A stretch of 64,000 bases of DNA. Origin: Patescibacteria group bacterium. Its GTDB lineage: Bacteria; Patescibacteriota; Microgenomatia; Curtissbacterales; GWA2-41-24. The stretch spans positions 12,491-76,490 of the forward strand of contig JBBTUN010000009.1 in assembly GCA_038063735.1 (NCBI GenBank), given 5' to 3'. Made by a program: the position numbers and the translations under genes. Shown piece by piece: positions 45,867 to 55,624 of this stretch. The stretch's first letter is position 1; every line of letters starts with the position of its first letter. The notes below the pieces were generated by a model. That model made no database searches and was not told where the DNA came from. It saw only the letters and a program-made list of their open reading frames with translations.

Positions 45867-48423
45867 CGACGAGAAGAAAGATGAATTAACTACCCCCGAA
45901 GCTGGTAGTAACACGCCGCCTAGTGCTGAGCAATTAGATGCCGGGCAAACTGCGGCAAGACAAACTGAAGATGCCGCGAGAAAAGCTTCCGAAGCAGGTG
46001 GGCTAGAACAAGGTCTAAAAAGCGTAGCGTCTGCTGGTGATGCTGGACAGGAAGGAAATGGTGGCAATATAGCGCCTGAGCAACCTGGACCAAGAGTTCC
46101 AATTGAACCTGGCGAAAGTCTTACCACCGAGGAATATTTTGATTCTGTTTCCAAAGCTCCAAACACAGATGCACTACTTGCGAAAATGCCGCCTGGATTA
46201 AGAGCGGGTTACGATCGTTACACAGCAGAACATCCTATTGAGCCAAGAGATGGTCTTAATAGATTAGGCGATGGATCTGTTGATTACGGTGATGGGGTAA
46301 TTGGACCTTCTGCTGAAGATATTGCCCGAGCTAAAGGACCGCCTGTGGAGTCTGGTGCGGGAGCTAAAGAAATTTTAAACCAGGGGGCAGAAGAGCTTAG
46401 ACGCAGAGAAGCTGCAGCCGGTGGCGGTGAACCGCCGGTGGATGTTCCTCCGGTTGCTGCGGCAGATAACGACGGTAATGGTAACGAAACAGATGGTGCA
46501 ACTCCCCCTGTAGAAAAGATGTCAAGATACACGGTTGCTGATTCAAACGAAAGTATTGCACGCGATATGGTGAGGAGGCACGACGCAGGTGAGGATGCAG
46601 ACCCCAATGATGGTTTTTTGGAGTTGCCACTTGAAAAAAAAGCTTATGTGATAAGTGATTTGTATGGACTTTACCTCGAGAGGGGTGTTGATGATAAAGA
46701 TCATAAGGAATTTCTGGATGATATTAGAGAAGGTTTTGAAGATGAAATTGCCGCTCTACCGGATGGGGATGAGAAAACGAGATACGAGCAGGAAATGGCT
46801 GACTGGGATAAGTACTTGAGGGTCGAAGGTACGGCAAGTCCTGATACTGGTGGAGCGTCTGAAAATGTCGACCAGGCAAAAGGCATACGTGATAGTTTAG
46901 ACGCGGGCATGGATCCGGAGGAACTGCGAAGGACCATTGCAGGCAATCCGGAAGCAGCAGCAATTTTAGATAGCGTACTGGCAGAAAGAGGTGCAGCGCC
47001 GCCCGCGCCTGATGCAAGTACTCCGGAAACCCCAGAACCGGCAAGGCCAAGCGCGCCAACTCCCGAACCTGCTGCTCCCTCTCGTGCAGACACACTAAGG
47101 GCACGCGCGGCAGATAGTTTGAGTGAGGAAGAGTTGGCTTATATGAGGTTGGCGGACATGAAACCCAAGGCACTCGCAAGAGAGTTGAGAAGGAAACAAG
47201 CCAGATTAAAAACATTAGAAAGACTCTTAGATAGAACAGCAGATGATACAAAAGCGGCAGAGTATGCAGAAAAAGCTGGGAAGCTGGAGGACGAGATCGA
47301 CTTTATCAAGCAAGTTATGGAGGACGAGGGTGTCGATGCTGATGAGGCAGGCAATGGAGGTACAAGTAATAAAAGTGAGAAGCAGACGGAAGCTGCCAGA
47401 AAACTGGAAGAGAAGATGGATGACTACAGGAGGTTCGGTGAGAGTACTTTTGATGAGTTAAAGAAAACGGAAGACAAGGAGCAAGGTGTTCTAAAGGGTT
47501 TGAGAGAGTCATTTTCTCGTGCAAAGTCAAAAGAGGAGCGAGACTTAATTAATAGTAAAATCGCCGAGGCTGAAGCAAGGCTCGCTGTTATAAAAAGCTT
47601 TAAAGCAGAAAAAGAAGTTGGACACTTAGAGGATAAGAACGACGAGGCGATTAAAGAAACACAACTAAGACGTAGAGAGCTGGGTGAAACTGCTTATCTT
47701 GAAGGGAATATTAAGAATAACAAAACAGCACTGGAAGCGCTAGATAAGGATATTCTGGCAATCGAGGAGAAAATTCTAAAGGAGAGAGAAGGGAGCGAGG
47801 AATGGAAACGGCTCAACCACCAAAAACTAGAACTTAGTAAGCGGGCAAATAAGATGCGAGAGACTTTGCGCTTAGATGAGGACGCTTTGGAAGTTGCCAA
47901 AGAAAAGGCAAAGAAAGATGTAAAACTTAGATCGACATGGGAAAATATAGATCAAAAGAGCCCCGAAGAGTACAGGGCGATGTCCCGTGAAGAACAGATA
48001 AAATACCTTGATGAGGTAGCAAAGGTTTTGCCTGAAGGAAAGAGATATAATTTCGATAATCTTAACGGAAGAGCAATGGCTGGGCAACCTTTGTCCATTG
48101 AAGAGCGTGCGTATCTGCAGAACGAGATTTCACATAGACTACTTGCTGGGACATACGATGCTAAATGCATCACAAAATTAGTCCAATATCCAGAAATTGC
48201 AGATGGTGTGATTGAGAAATTCATGTACCATAAAAGTTTGGAGAAGTGGCGAAGAGAGAATTGTCCGAATGGTTGGGAAAAGGTGATTGATCTTGCTAAG
48301 AAATATCCTGCTTTATTTGCGATACTGGCTGCATTGATGGCAGCTGGAGTCACGGCTTCTGGTGGCGGTATTCCAGCTTTGGGATTTGCAAGTATGGGGG
48401 CTAAAAAAGGAATTTTTGGGTAG
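45859..48423 (+). CDS. Large acidic, low-complexity/coiled-coil protein with C-terminal hydrophobic anchor
   Basis: 854 aa; SD-like AGGAG upstream; E/K-rich coiled coil; C-terminal ALFAILAALMAAGV. Confidence 0.8.
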   Translation: MPDDEKKDELTTPEAGSNTPPSAEQLDAGQTAARQTEDAARKASEAGGLEQGLKSVASAGDAGQEGNGGNIAPEQPGPRVPIEPGESLTTEEYFDSVSKAPNTDALLAKMPPGLRAGYDRYTAEHPIEPRDGLNRLGDGSVDYGDGVIGPSAEDIARAKGPPVESGAGAKEILNQGAEELRRREAAAGGGEPPVDVPPVAAADNDGNGNETDGATPPVEKMSRYTVADSNESIARDMVRRHDAGEDADPNDGFLELPLEKKAYVISDLYGLYLERGVDDKDHKEFLDDIREGFEDEIAALPDGDEKTRYEQEMADWDKYLRVEGTASPDTGGASENVDQAKGIRDSLDAGMDPEELRRTIAGNPEAAAILDSVLAERGAAPPAPDASTPETPEPARPSAPTPEPAAPSRADTLRARAADSLSEEELAYMRLADMKPKALARELRRKQARLKTLERLLDRTADDTKAAEYAEKAGKLEDEIDFIKQVMEDEGVDADEAGNGGTSNKSEKQTEAARKLEEKMDDYRRFGESTFDELKKTEDKEQGVLKGLRESFSRAKSKEERDLINSKIAEAEARLAVIKSFKAEKEVGHLEDKNDEAIKETQLRRRELGETAYLEGNIKNNKTALEALDKDILAIEEKILKEREGSEEWKRLNHQKLELSKRANKMRETLRLDEDALEVAKEKAKKDVKLRSTWENIDQKSPEEYRAMSREEQIKYLDEVAKVLPEGKRYNFDNLNGRAMAGQPLSIEERAYLQNEISHRLLAGTYDAKCITKLVQYPEIADGVIEKFMYHKSLEKWRRENCPNGWEKVIDLAKKYPALFAILAALMAAGVTASGGGIPALGFASMGAKKGIFG

Positions 48424-48512
48424 GTCGGTGGGTCGGTAGAGTCAGTAAAATCAGTAATGTAGGTAAAATCGGTATAGTCGGTAATTTCAGTGTTTTCAGT
48501 AAAGTCGGTAAG
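48424..48512. repeat. 9-bp-periodic TCRGTR array (about 10 units) between convergent genes
   Basis: GTCGGTGG GTCGGTAGA GTCAGTAAA ATCAGTAAT ... GTCGGTAAG; same family as 26482-26595. Confidence 0.85.
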
Positions 48513-48521
48513 CAAAAATAA

Positions 48522-51482
48522 CTATTTCTTGGAAACTTTTATTAAAAATTGGCGGTCGGTATTTAAATTTGTTTGAGCGGTTACGTTTTGTTTGCCGCCA
48601 ACGCCAGCGCTGCAATCAGAAGATCCTGAATCTAGTTCAGTATGACAAGGAGAAGCAGAGTCGATTTTTAGGTAGGCTGGCAGGTTAAAGGTGAATTTAA
48701 ATGGGTCTTTTTCTGTACCGGGTTGTTTTTGCACATAAAGAGAATATGCCGGGGCTTGCTCGAGCTTTATGTTTTTTGGAATTCTGTAGACAAAAGTTAT
48801 GGTTCTTTCTTCTTTAACAGGCACTTCCACAAGAGTCGCAAAAGCGGTTAAGTTTCCTTGAGTCGTCACTTCTACTTTGGCCTCATCGCTGGTGGCTTGA
48901 TTTTTTAACTTATCTTTAGATGCGACATTTTGCCCGTCGTCATAACTTTCCAGGCCACTTCCAAGTGGCGTAAAAACTCTTAAATAATTAACGTATGTTC
49001 CACCCGGCCAAGTATCTGCCGGGCTATTATTTTTGTAGGTTATTGCCAGTTTGGCCACGAGTCCCGCATCTCGGTCTACAGTCATTTCGTAATTAACATC
49101 TCTATTTAGATATCTATTTACTTTATTGGCGCCCACATTTGCTTCGGACAGGGCTAAATAGTCGCTTGTGGCATTTTTGTTGTCCTGGGGATTGTAGGTA
49201 AACGGTGGTGTTAAATTGCTCCAATTTTTAACTTTTACATACGTAGAAAGGCTGGGGTTATCAAAAGAGATTAGCATGTGTTTTTGGGCGAGTGCTTCAC
49301 CGGTTGTGGTAAGTAGCGCAAGCCAGGGTAAGTGGTCGTTCCCCTGGGTGGGAGTTGAGAAACTTGCAACGACTTTACCAATCAGTTTATTTGTAAGGGA
49401 GGTAAAGAAATCGCGCTTTTGAGTGGAACCGGGGAAAAAGCCGACTTCGGCATAATATTCCCCTTTATCAAAAAGGTTACCAGCCGTTATTTCTTCGTTG
49501 TAATCGTCAAGTTTTATGGGGCCAATTTTTTCCAGCAGTTTTTGCATGTAGTCAAGGTCTATGGCAATTACTCCATCAACTGTTTTGCCTGTTTCCTTTT
49601 TATAAAAATCGCGGGCGGTTTTGGCGTTGATTTCGAAATCCGTACTCCAATTGGAATCCCGCAGGTATAGTTGCTTGACACCCAACTTTTCCACAAGAGG
49701 CGCGGGCGGATTGATCTTTTCTTTGAGTTGGCCGTCTATTGTATAAATATCCTCGACATTAATTGACTTTAGTTTGCCACTTTCCAAAACTATTTCTCCG
49801 AAATTACCGATGAAACCTCCTCCCGGCCTTAGCTCTGAGTTATTCTGGAGCAAGATTAGGTAAGTTTTTTTTGAATCGATACCAATAAGATCTGCAGTTA
49901 GGTTTGTTAACTCAAGCGTATTAAGGCTTAGTTCGTTTAAAGATTTTATGTTTGTTTCCAGGCTGTTTAACTTAGATTTAAAGATGCCGTTTTTTTGGGC
50001 ACTTTGGACTAGTGCCAGGGCCCTGGCGCTTTCGAAATAGGCCTTGCTTATTAAGGCCTGTGGGTCCTCTATATTGAAAGTGCTTTTGGCCGGTTTGTCC
50101 GAGGCGATGTACTCAAGATCGACAGCAAGCGTCTTTGCTCCGCTAATGAAATTGGCAAAGGCAGACGCAGTTAGCTGGGCACTTTCGAGTGAGTTACTGA
50201 CGCTTTGAATTTTTTTGGGAATGACAAGAGAGACGGGATAAGTTAATTTATTGAATTCCCAATTTGCACTGCCAAAAGAATTTTTGGCACTCGTTGCTTT
50301 TTTAAGCGCTGTATCAAAATCCCCGGACTGAAGTTTTATTTGCGCGCTCTTTAGAGAATTTACACCAGAGTAAAGATCCAGGCTAATTTTGCCCGTGAAC
50401 ACAACGATAACCAGTACAAAAACAAATAAAACTGCGAGTTTTGATTTGAAGCTAAATCCAAAGCTTGGTAATTTGGGTAACTTTTTGGGTAGTGATTTTT
50501 TAAGTTGAGGCGAAACTTCATGCTTTTCTACTGTTTTTGGTAAAACTACTTCGGGACGCGCGAGAAGAGGGTCCAGGAAACTAAGCTTTTTTACCATATC
50601 TTTGTCTTTAAAAAATGTCAGTGTGTTTTCTAAGCCTTCCTTCAAATTAAACCTGGGCGAGAAACCAAGATCATGGATTCTGACAACAGGTTCGGGTTTT
50701 GGTTTTTCGATTTGCGGCTCACCGGCAAAAAAGAGGCTTAGTTCTTTTTGAAGTAGAATGTGGGCGCTGTTTTTTATTTCGTAGGCACAAGACAGCGCCG
50801 TCAGGGGGCTAGTGGAGATTATAAACCGGATGTTTTTGCCAGAATCGTTGGCCATGAATTTGTTGAATGCATGAAGCGCATCGTCGATATATGTTGGATA
50901 AATCATGGTCAAGCCTTCACTCTCCAAAATTATTTTGTCGGTTTGGGTTGCCTGGGTAATGAGGTAAATAAGCTCGTTATTTTCAAAGTAACTATCTTTG
51001 GTGTTTTTTTCGTACTTATTGTGAAGCTTTATGCCGGGGCCATAAATATCTCCCATTAAAAAAAGTTTGATGTTTTTTTTCGCTTCTTCGTCGCGCGCCG
51101 CAAAATCCAGGAAATCTGAACTTGTGGTAATTTTGGCAACAAAAATGACCTTTGAGGTACCACTTCTTGCTTTTGAAATTAGGTTCGAGGTGACGGCGGA
51201 GACTTTTGAAGCGGAAAAATCTCCTCCGGCATTTAAATCTTCACTTGTTAAGTGGATGATTAGATCAAATGTGGGTAAATGGTTTGGGAAAGGCTGTGCC
51301 AGATCTATGTCTACAAAGGTAAATCTATGATCCTGGAGAACATCTTCTTGCGGTTGAGTTTTGCCCGCGCCATAAATTTGGTAACCTCTTTTGAGCAAGT
51401 TTTTTGCAAGCGCGGAACCAAAACAACTGCCTACATCGGTTATTAATATTTGCGATTTTGTTGTTTGGGCAGGGGCATCCAT
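48522..51482 (-). CDS. DUF4012-domain protein with N-terminal degenerate NAD-dependent epimerase-like domain
   Basis: N-terminal ILIT..G..FG..L...L...G; TM; YLILLQN.SELRPGGGFIG, LRDSNW..DF, VDGVIAID and QKQPG. Confidence 0.85.
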   Translation of the reverse strand: MDAPAQTTKSQILITDVGSCFGSALAKNLLKRGYQIYGAGKTQPQEDVLQDHRFTFVDIDLAQPFPNHLPTFDLIIHLTSEDLNAGGDFSASKVSAVTSNLISKARSGTSKVIFVAKITTSSDFLDFAARDEEAKKNIKLFLMGDIYGPGIKLHNKYEKNTKDSYFENNELIYLITQATQTDKIILESEGLTMIYPTYIDDALHAFNKFMANDSGKNIRFIISTSPLTALSCAYEIKNSAHILLQKELSLFFAGEPQIEKPKPEPVVRIHDLGFSPRFNLKEGLENTLTFFKDKDMVKKLSFLDPLLARPEVVLPKTVEKHEVSPQLKKSLPKKLPKLPSFGFSFKSKLAVLFVFVLVIVVFTGKISLDLYSGVNSLKSAQIKLQSGDFDTALKKATSAKNSFGSANWEFNKLTYPVSLVIPKKIQSVSNSLESAQLTASAFANFISGAKTLAVDLEYIASDKPAKSTFNIEDPQALISKAYFESARALALVQSAQKNGIFKSKLNSLETNIKSLNELSLNTLELTNLTADLIGIDSKKTYLILLQNNSELRPGGGFIGNFGEIVLESGKLKSINVEDIYTIDGQLKEKINPPAPLVEKLGVKQLYLRDSNWSTDFEINAKTARDFYKKETGKTVDGVIAIDLDYMQKLLEKIGPIKLDDYNEEITAGNLFDKGEYYAEVGFFPGSTQKRDFFTSLTNKLIGKVVASFSTPTQGNDHLPWLALLTTTGEALAQKHMLISFDNPSLSTYVKVKNWSNLTPPFTYNPQDNKNATSDYLALSEANVGANKVNRYLNRDVNYEMTVDRDAGLVAKLAITYKNNSPADTWPGGTYVNYLRVFTPLGSGLESYDDGQNVASKDKLKNQATSDEAKVEVTTQGNLTAFATLVEVPVKEERTITFVYRIPKNIKLEQAPAYSLYVQKQPGTEKDPFKFTFNLPAYLKIDSASPCHTELDSGSSDCSAGVGGKQNVTAQTNLNTDRQFLIKVSKK

Positions 51483-52042
51483 TAAAGCTTAAGGTATTTG
51501 GCGAGCGCTAAAATCGATAACGAAGCAATAAAGCCAAGACTTGCGCCAAATGCGGCCATAATTTTGCTATTTAAAACCTGCCGTGTCGGGTCGTTTGGAA
51601 TGCCAACGCCCACGAGTTCTATATTCGCTTGCGGCACAAGGTTTTTAATTTTCTCGTTATATGAATATATGACTTTTGTCGATGTTTGACTGGAAACGTC
51701 TTTGTTTTTGGCAGTAACGGTTATTCTGATTACCTGAGGCGCCATTTTCCTGACTTCCAGTTGAGATTCTCCTAAATCTGCCCCGCTTGCAAAATCGGGG
51801 CTTTGTAAGATAGCAACGGTGGTGTCGGTGAGATTTGATGAATCAACCCGAGGAGAATTTTCGCTTAGGGTATTTTTGTCCTGTACTTTCACAAAGAGCA
51901 GCGTTTGCTGTTGGTAACCGGACTTTAAAAATTTGGTGGATGAAAATCCGACGCTTGATGCCACAAGAGTAATTATGGCGATAAATATTAAATTTTTCTT
52001 TATTTGACTAGTTAAATCTTTAATTTCCATACCATTTTGCAA
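51482..52042 (-). CDS. Wzz/CpsC-like chain-length determinant membrane protein
   Basis: MEIKDL...IKKNL.FI N-terminus; two terminal TMs; polysaccharide locus context. Confidence 0.6.
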   Translation of the reverse strand: MQNGMEIKDLTSQIKKNLIFIAIITLVASSVGFSSTKFLKSGYQQQTLLFVKVQDKNTLSENSPRVDSSNLTDTTVAILQSPDFASGADLGESQLEVRKMAPQVIRITVTAKNKDVSSQTSTKVIYSYNEKIKNLVPQANIELVGVGIPNDPTRQVLNSKIMAAFGASLGFIASLSILALAKYLKL

Positions 52043-52433
52043 GAGTAGTATCGAGCGCCAAATTTACTAATCTGTCGGCTTCTTTATTTTGCTCTCTTGG
52101 CACATGTTTGTAGACAATTTTACTAAAGCTTGTCTCCAGTTGCCTAATTTTAACAATTAATTCGCGGATTGTTGCGTTTTTTACTTTGTATAGACCGTTT
52201 AGCTGTGAAACCACAAGCAAAGAGTCGAGGTTAAATGTAAGCTCTTCATCTTTAGTGTTTTCTTTTAACCAACTTAGCGCCTCAATAACTGCCGTATATT
52301 CCGCGGTGTTATTGGTTGCTATACCTATGTATCCGAAGCCTTCTTTAACCAACTTACCATTGGATTTAACTACAAAGCCAAAGGCTGCCGGGCCGGGGTT
52401 GCCGCGAGATCCGCCATCGCAATTAATAAGCAT
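52020..52433 (-). CDS. rnhA: Ribonuclease HI
   Basis: DGGSRGNPGPA, TNNTAEY, DS.LVV.Q..G.YKVK and HVPREQN..AD.L.N. Confidence 0.95.
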   Translation of the reverse strand: MLINCDGGSRGNPGPAAFGFVVKSNGKLVKEGFGYIGIATNNTAEYTAVIEALSWLKENTKDEELTFNLDSLLVVSQLNGLYKVKNATIRELIVKIRQLETSFSKIVYKHVPREQNKEADRLVNLALDTTLAKWYGN

Positions 52434-52486
52434 GTTGGTATTTTAGTGTATAGGCGGTAAGTTTGCTAGACAATGCTTTGAGGTTC

Positions 52487-53731
52487 TCAGTCTTTGTTTT
52501 GCCTTACCAAAAAGATAATAAGCATAAGAGTAATTAGGCTTTCGGAAAAAATAGTCACAATTGCGGCCGCCAGAAATCCATACTTGGGAATTAATAATAA
52601 GTTGAGTAATAAGTTAACGACTGCACCTACCGCGTAGATTGCGATCAACTGTTTTTGTCTATTTTTAATAATCAGGATGTGCCAGAGAAGAGCGGAGATG
52701 AAGAAGAATGGCATGCCAAGAGCAAGAATAACGAGCGCCATTTGAGAACCATTGAACCTGGCACCAAATAGAGGCGGGATTAAATAGGACGCAATTATTA
52801 AGCCAAGAGAGAGAAATATTGAGACGACTGTTAAAATCTGCAACCATCTTTTAATCTGTTTTTGATACTCCGGTTTATCTTGTGCATACAGCCCCGTTAA
52901 GAGCGGGTAAAGGGCGTTCGTGAAGAATATGGGTATAGACAGCGCTGCTTCAAAAAATTGGTATGCAAGGCCGTAAAGACCTACTTCTTGGGGCGGGCGG
53001 GTGTAAGCAAGAATAAATACGTCAGTTCTAAAATAAACGAGATTTAGAATTAGGGCGGTGCCAATTGGCCACGCATCTTTTAGAAAGCTTTTGGTATGCG
53101 AGATTGAAAAAGAGGGATAAATAGGAGCTTTAAAATATTTGTAAATTATGAAAAAGGCAACGATTACAAATGTTAACCCCCCGAATATGTACGAGACTGT
53201 ATACAGATAAATAGTTGGGGCAAACACGCTAGTGATTGACGTTAATAAAAGTATGACCAGCGTGCCTGCTACTGCGGCAATAACCGATAAATCGTAGCGC
53301 AGTTTTTTCTGAAAGAAGGCATTTGACGAGGTGAAGAGGGCTTGGGTAATTATCGTTGCAGACGCGATCAGTATGCCAAATTTGACCTGGGGAGTGAAAC
53401 CCAAACCGAGCTCTTTGTTGTAGGGTAATATCTGGCTAATCACAATTGCCGATCCCGCCAGTATTATTGCTAAAACCAGCCTCATGCCAATTAGGTAAGG
53501 CAGGAATTCTCTTATGTCTTTGCGACTGGAAATTTTGACGTAAATTGCGTTAAAGCCAAAATCGGCAAATGTATAAAAATAGCCGATAAAAACAAATATT
53601 TTAGTGAACTCCCCATAGCCGGCCGGTCCCAAAGAACGACCGATAAGCAGGGTGATGACAAGAGATGCGGATGCAGTAATTGCTTTACCTAAAATTTGGG
53701 CGGATGTGTTATAAAAAACTTTTTTAAACAT
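52487..53731 (-). CDS. Wzx-type polysaccharide flippase
   Basis: R.LGP..YG, ADFG, D...L.......VG.Y..AY and N..LIP.YG..AAA. Confidence 0.9.
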   Translation of the reverse strand: MFKKVFYNTSAQILGKAITASASLVITLLIGRSLGPAGYGEFTKIFVFIGYFYTFADFGFNAIYVKISSRKDIREFLPYLIGMRLVLAIILAGSAIVISQILPYNKELGLGFTPQVKFGILIASATIITQALFTSSNAFFQKKLRYDLSVIAAVAGTLVILLLTSITSVFAPTIYLYTVSYIFGGLTFVIVAFFIIYKYFKAPIYPSFSISHTKSFLKDAWPIGTALILNLVYFRTDVFILAYTRPPQEVGLYGLAYQFFEAALSIPIFFTNALYPLLTGLYAQDKPEYQKQIKRWLQILTVVSIFLSLGLIIASYLIPPLFGARFNGSQMALVILALGMPFFFISALLWHILIIKNRQKQLIAIYAVGAVVNLLLNLLLIPKYGFLAAAIVTIFSESLITLMLIIFLVRQNKD

Positions 53732-53757
53732 AGGATATTTTTTGTAACTTCAATATA

Positions 53758-54987
53758 TCAGGAAGACGAGTTTTTTTGCGAGCTTAGTATGTAGGACAAG
53801 GACAACCAGAGTACGAGTTGCCCCTGCTGTAGTGTCCACATAAAATGATCGATACTTAAATAAATAAGTACTACAAAAAACAAGAATAGTCTCGCTTTGT
53901 CTTTCGTAAATTTTGAAACGGTAAGAAGAATGAGCGAAAATAATAACAAACCCAATAAGCCGTTTTCAGCAAGAATCAGCAAGAATACGTTATGAACGGG
54001 CTGAAGAAGTCTAACTTCCGAAACAGATTGCAAATTAAGCTTTGAAATTGCCAGTATAAAATTATTACTGCCCACACCCAGGATAATATTTTGAGATGCA
54101 ACCAGTAGCGCTGCTTGGGAAAGAAGAATGCGCTCGGCGATTGTATCTATGCTTCTTGGGAGCAGGGCGAAGACGTAGATGAGAACCAAAATAACGATTG
54201 TTAGAGCAGCCACAACTAAATGGGTCCGTTTTTTTACAATGACTACCGGGCTAATAAAAAGCATAATAAGAGCTGTTTTGGAAAAAGAGGCAAAGATTGA
54301 TATTATTGCCAGTGCGTGGGGGATGATTGCCTTTTTTGGCAGAGGGTATAAATCATTATTTTTTAGGGAACTGGCCAGTATAATCAGGAGAACCAGGTTG
54401 AATGCGCCCATAACGTTGGGGTGCGGAAAAGTTCCATATGGTCTTAGGAACTGGTTTTGAAAAATTTCAATATGAGCAATGCCTGTGGTTGTTGTGTCAA
54501 ACGATCTTTCCCCAAGAAACCAAAGACCCAGCGACCTTTGAGTTATAAATTGATAGACAACCACTAGAGATTGCCAAGTAAGAGTAAACTTAAATATCCG
54601 CAGCGCAAGGGTGAACACTTTTTTTTGAGATAAATAGTAGGCGGCTGGTATAGAAAAGGCGGCCAGTTCAACTAGTTTTATCAAAAAAAACAGTGTTGCC
54701 TCTTTGCTTTCTTTTATGAAAAAGGCGCAAAGCGCAAGGTACGTGAGAAATGCACCTATGGCCAGCAAATACCATTTTTTGTCGGCGCAAAAATCTTTTA
54801 TTTTTTTTAGGCTTGAAATGCTGCTTAGCAAAAACAGGATTATTAGTATGTCACTTAAATAAATGGATGGAATTCGATAGTCGATGGGAATTCCAAGTAC
54901 ATAAGAAAAGGACAGTGGGAAAAATTTATTTAACTGAAGGGGGATAGTTAGAAGAACCACCAAGAAAAGGCGTTCTGTCCTTGCCAT
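53758..54987 (-). CDS. O-antigen ligase/Wzy_C family protein
   Basis: RPYGTFPHPN, SFSK, GVG..NF and PVHN.FL...AE.G. Confidence 0.88.
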   Translation of the reverse strand: MARTERLFLVVLLTIPLQLNKFFPLSFSYVLGIPIDYRIPSIYLSDILIILFLLSSISSLKKIKDFCADKKWYLLAIGAFLTYLALCAFFIKESKEATLFFLIKLVELAAFSIPAAYYLSQKKVFTLALRIFKFTLTWQSLVVVYQFITQRSLGLWFLGERSFDTTTTGIAHIEIFQNQFLRPYGTFPHPNVMGAFNLVLLIILASSLKNNDLYPLPKKAIIPHALAIISIFASFSKTALIMLFISPVVIVKKRTHLVVAALTIVILVLIYVFALLPRSIDTIAERILLSQAALLVASQNIILGVGSNNFILAISKLNLQSVSEVRLLQPVHNVFLLILAENGLLGLLLFSLILLTVSKFTKDKARLFLFFVVLIYLSIDHFMWTLQQGQLVLWLSLSYILSSQKNSSS

Positions 54988-54990
54988 TTG

Positions 54991-55476
54991 TTACCCGGTG
55001 CGGGGCTTGATCACAAGATACCTTGAGTCTCCTTCTCCTACCGATTCTGTTGTCACTTTAGGATGATTTGTAAACAGCGCATGGATAACACGCCTTTCTG
55101 AGGGTTTCAGGTTATATAGAACTTCTTGTTCGTGGGTTTCCTCGACTTTCTCAGCAGCATTCAGGGCCATTTTTTCTAGTTTTTGTTCTTTGGCCCTGCG
55201 CCAGTTATCAATGTCCAAGAATACTTCGAAGTCATCTTCTCCTGTTTGAGACTTTAACCTTACCGCCATAACAAACTGCAGACTTTCCAGGTTGCTTCCG
55301 TATTTGCCAATGAGAAGTGATGAGTCTTCCGATTTGATATCAACAAAATAATTGTTATCTATTTTAGAAATTTCGGCTGTTGCCGAAACGCCCAGTCTTT
55401 CTATTAGATCTTTAACACATTGAGCGACAAGGTTTTCGTCAAGCTTTATTTTTTTTGTTTTCGCGGGTCCTGTCAC
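54991..55476 (-). CDS. jag: Jag/KhpB RNA-binding protein (KH plus R3H)
   Basis: LLIGKYG.NLESLQ (KH) and ERRVIH (R3H); downstream of yidC. Confidence 0.92.
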   Translation of the reverse strand: MTGPAKTKKIKLDENLVAQCVKDLIERLGVSATAEISKIDNNYFVDIKSEDSSLLIGKYGSNLESLQFVMAVRLKSQTGEDDFEVFLDIDNWRRAKEQKLEKMALNAAEKVEETHEQEVLYNLKPSERRVIHALFTNHPKVTTESVGEGDSRYLVIKPRTG

Positions 55477-55581
55477 AACATTCCTTCCCGCCAGTGCTCG
55501 CTCGACAAAATAATTGATCGATAGTTAACGAAACTGGCTAGAGCTGCGCGCTGTCGGGATCCTTTCCAGTTGTGCCACCCG
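55464..55581. repeat. 118-nt structured dispersed element, copy B (overlaps the jag start)
   Basis: Aligns with 43126-43243. Confidence 0.9.
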
Positions 55582-55624
55582 CTCAGTGTTGGACCATTTG
55601 ATATCTGAAATTGGTAATTGATAA

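Noticed and set aside
47952-48515. 187-aa minus-strand ORF starting with TDFTE-like repeats
   Set aside because: It is the translation of the 9-bp array running antisense into the 854-aa gene.
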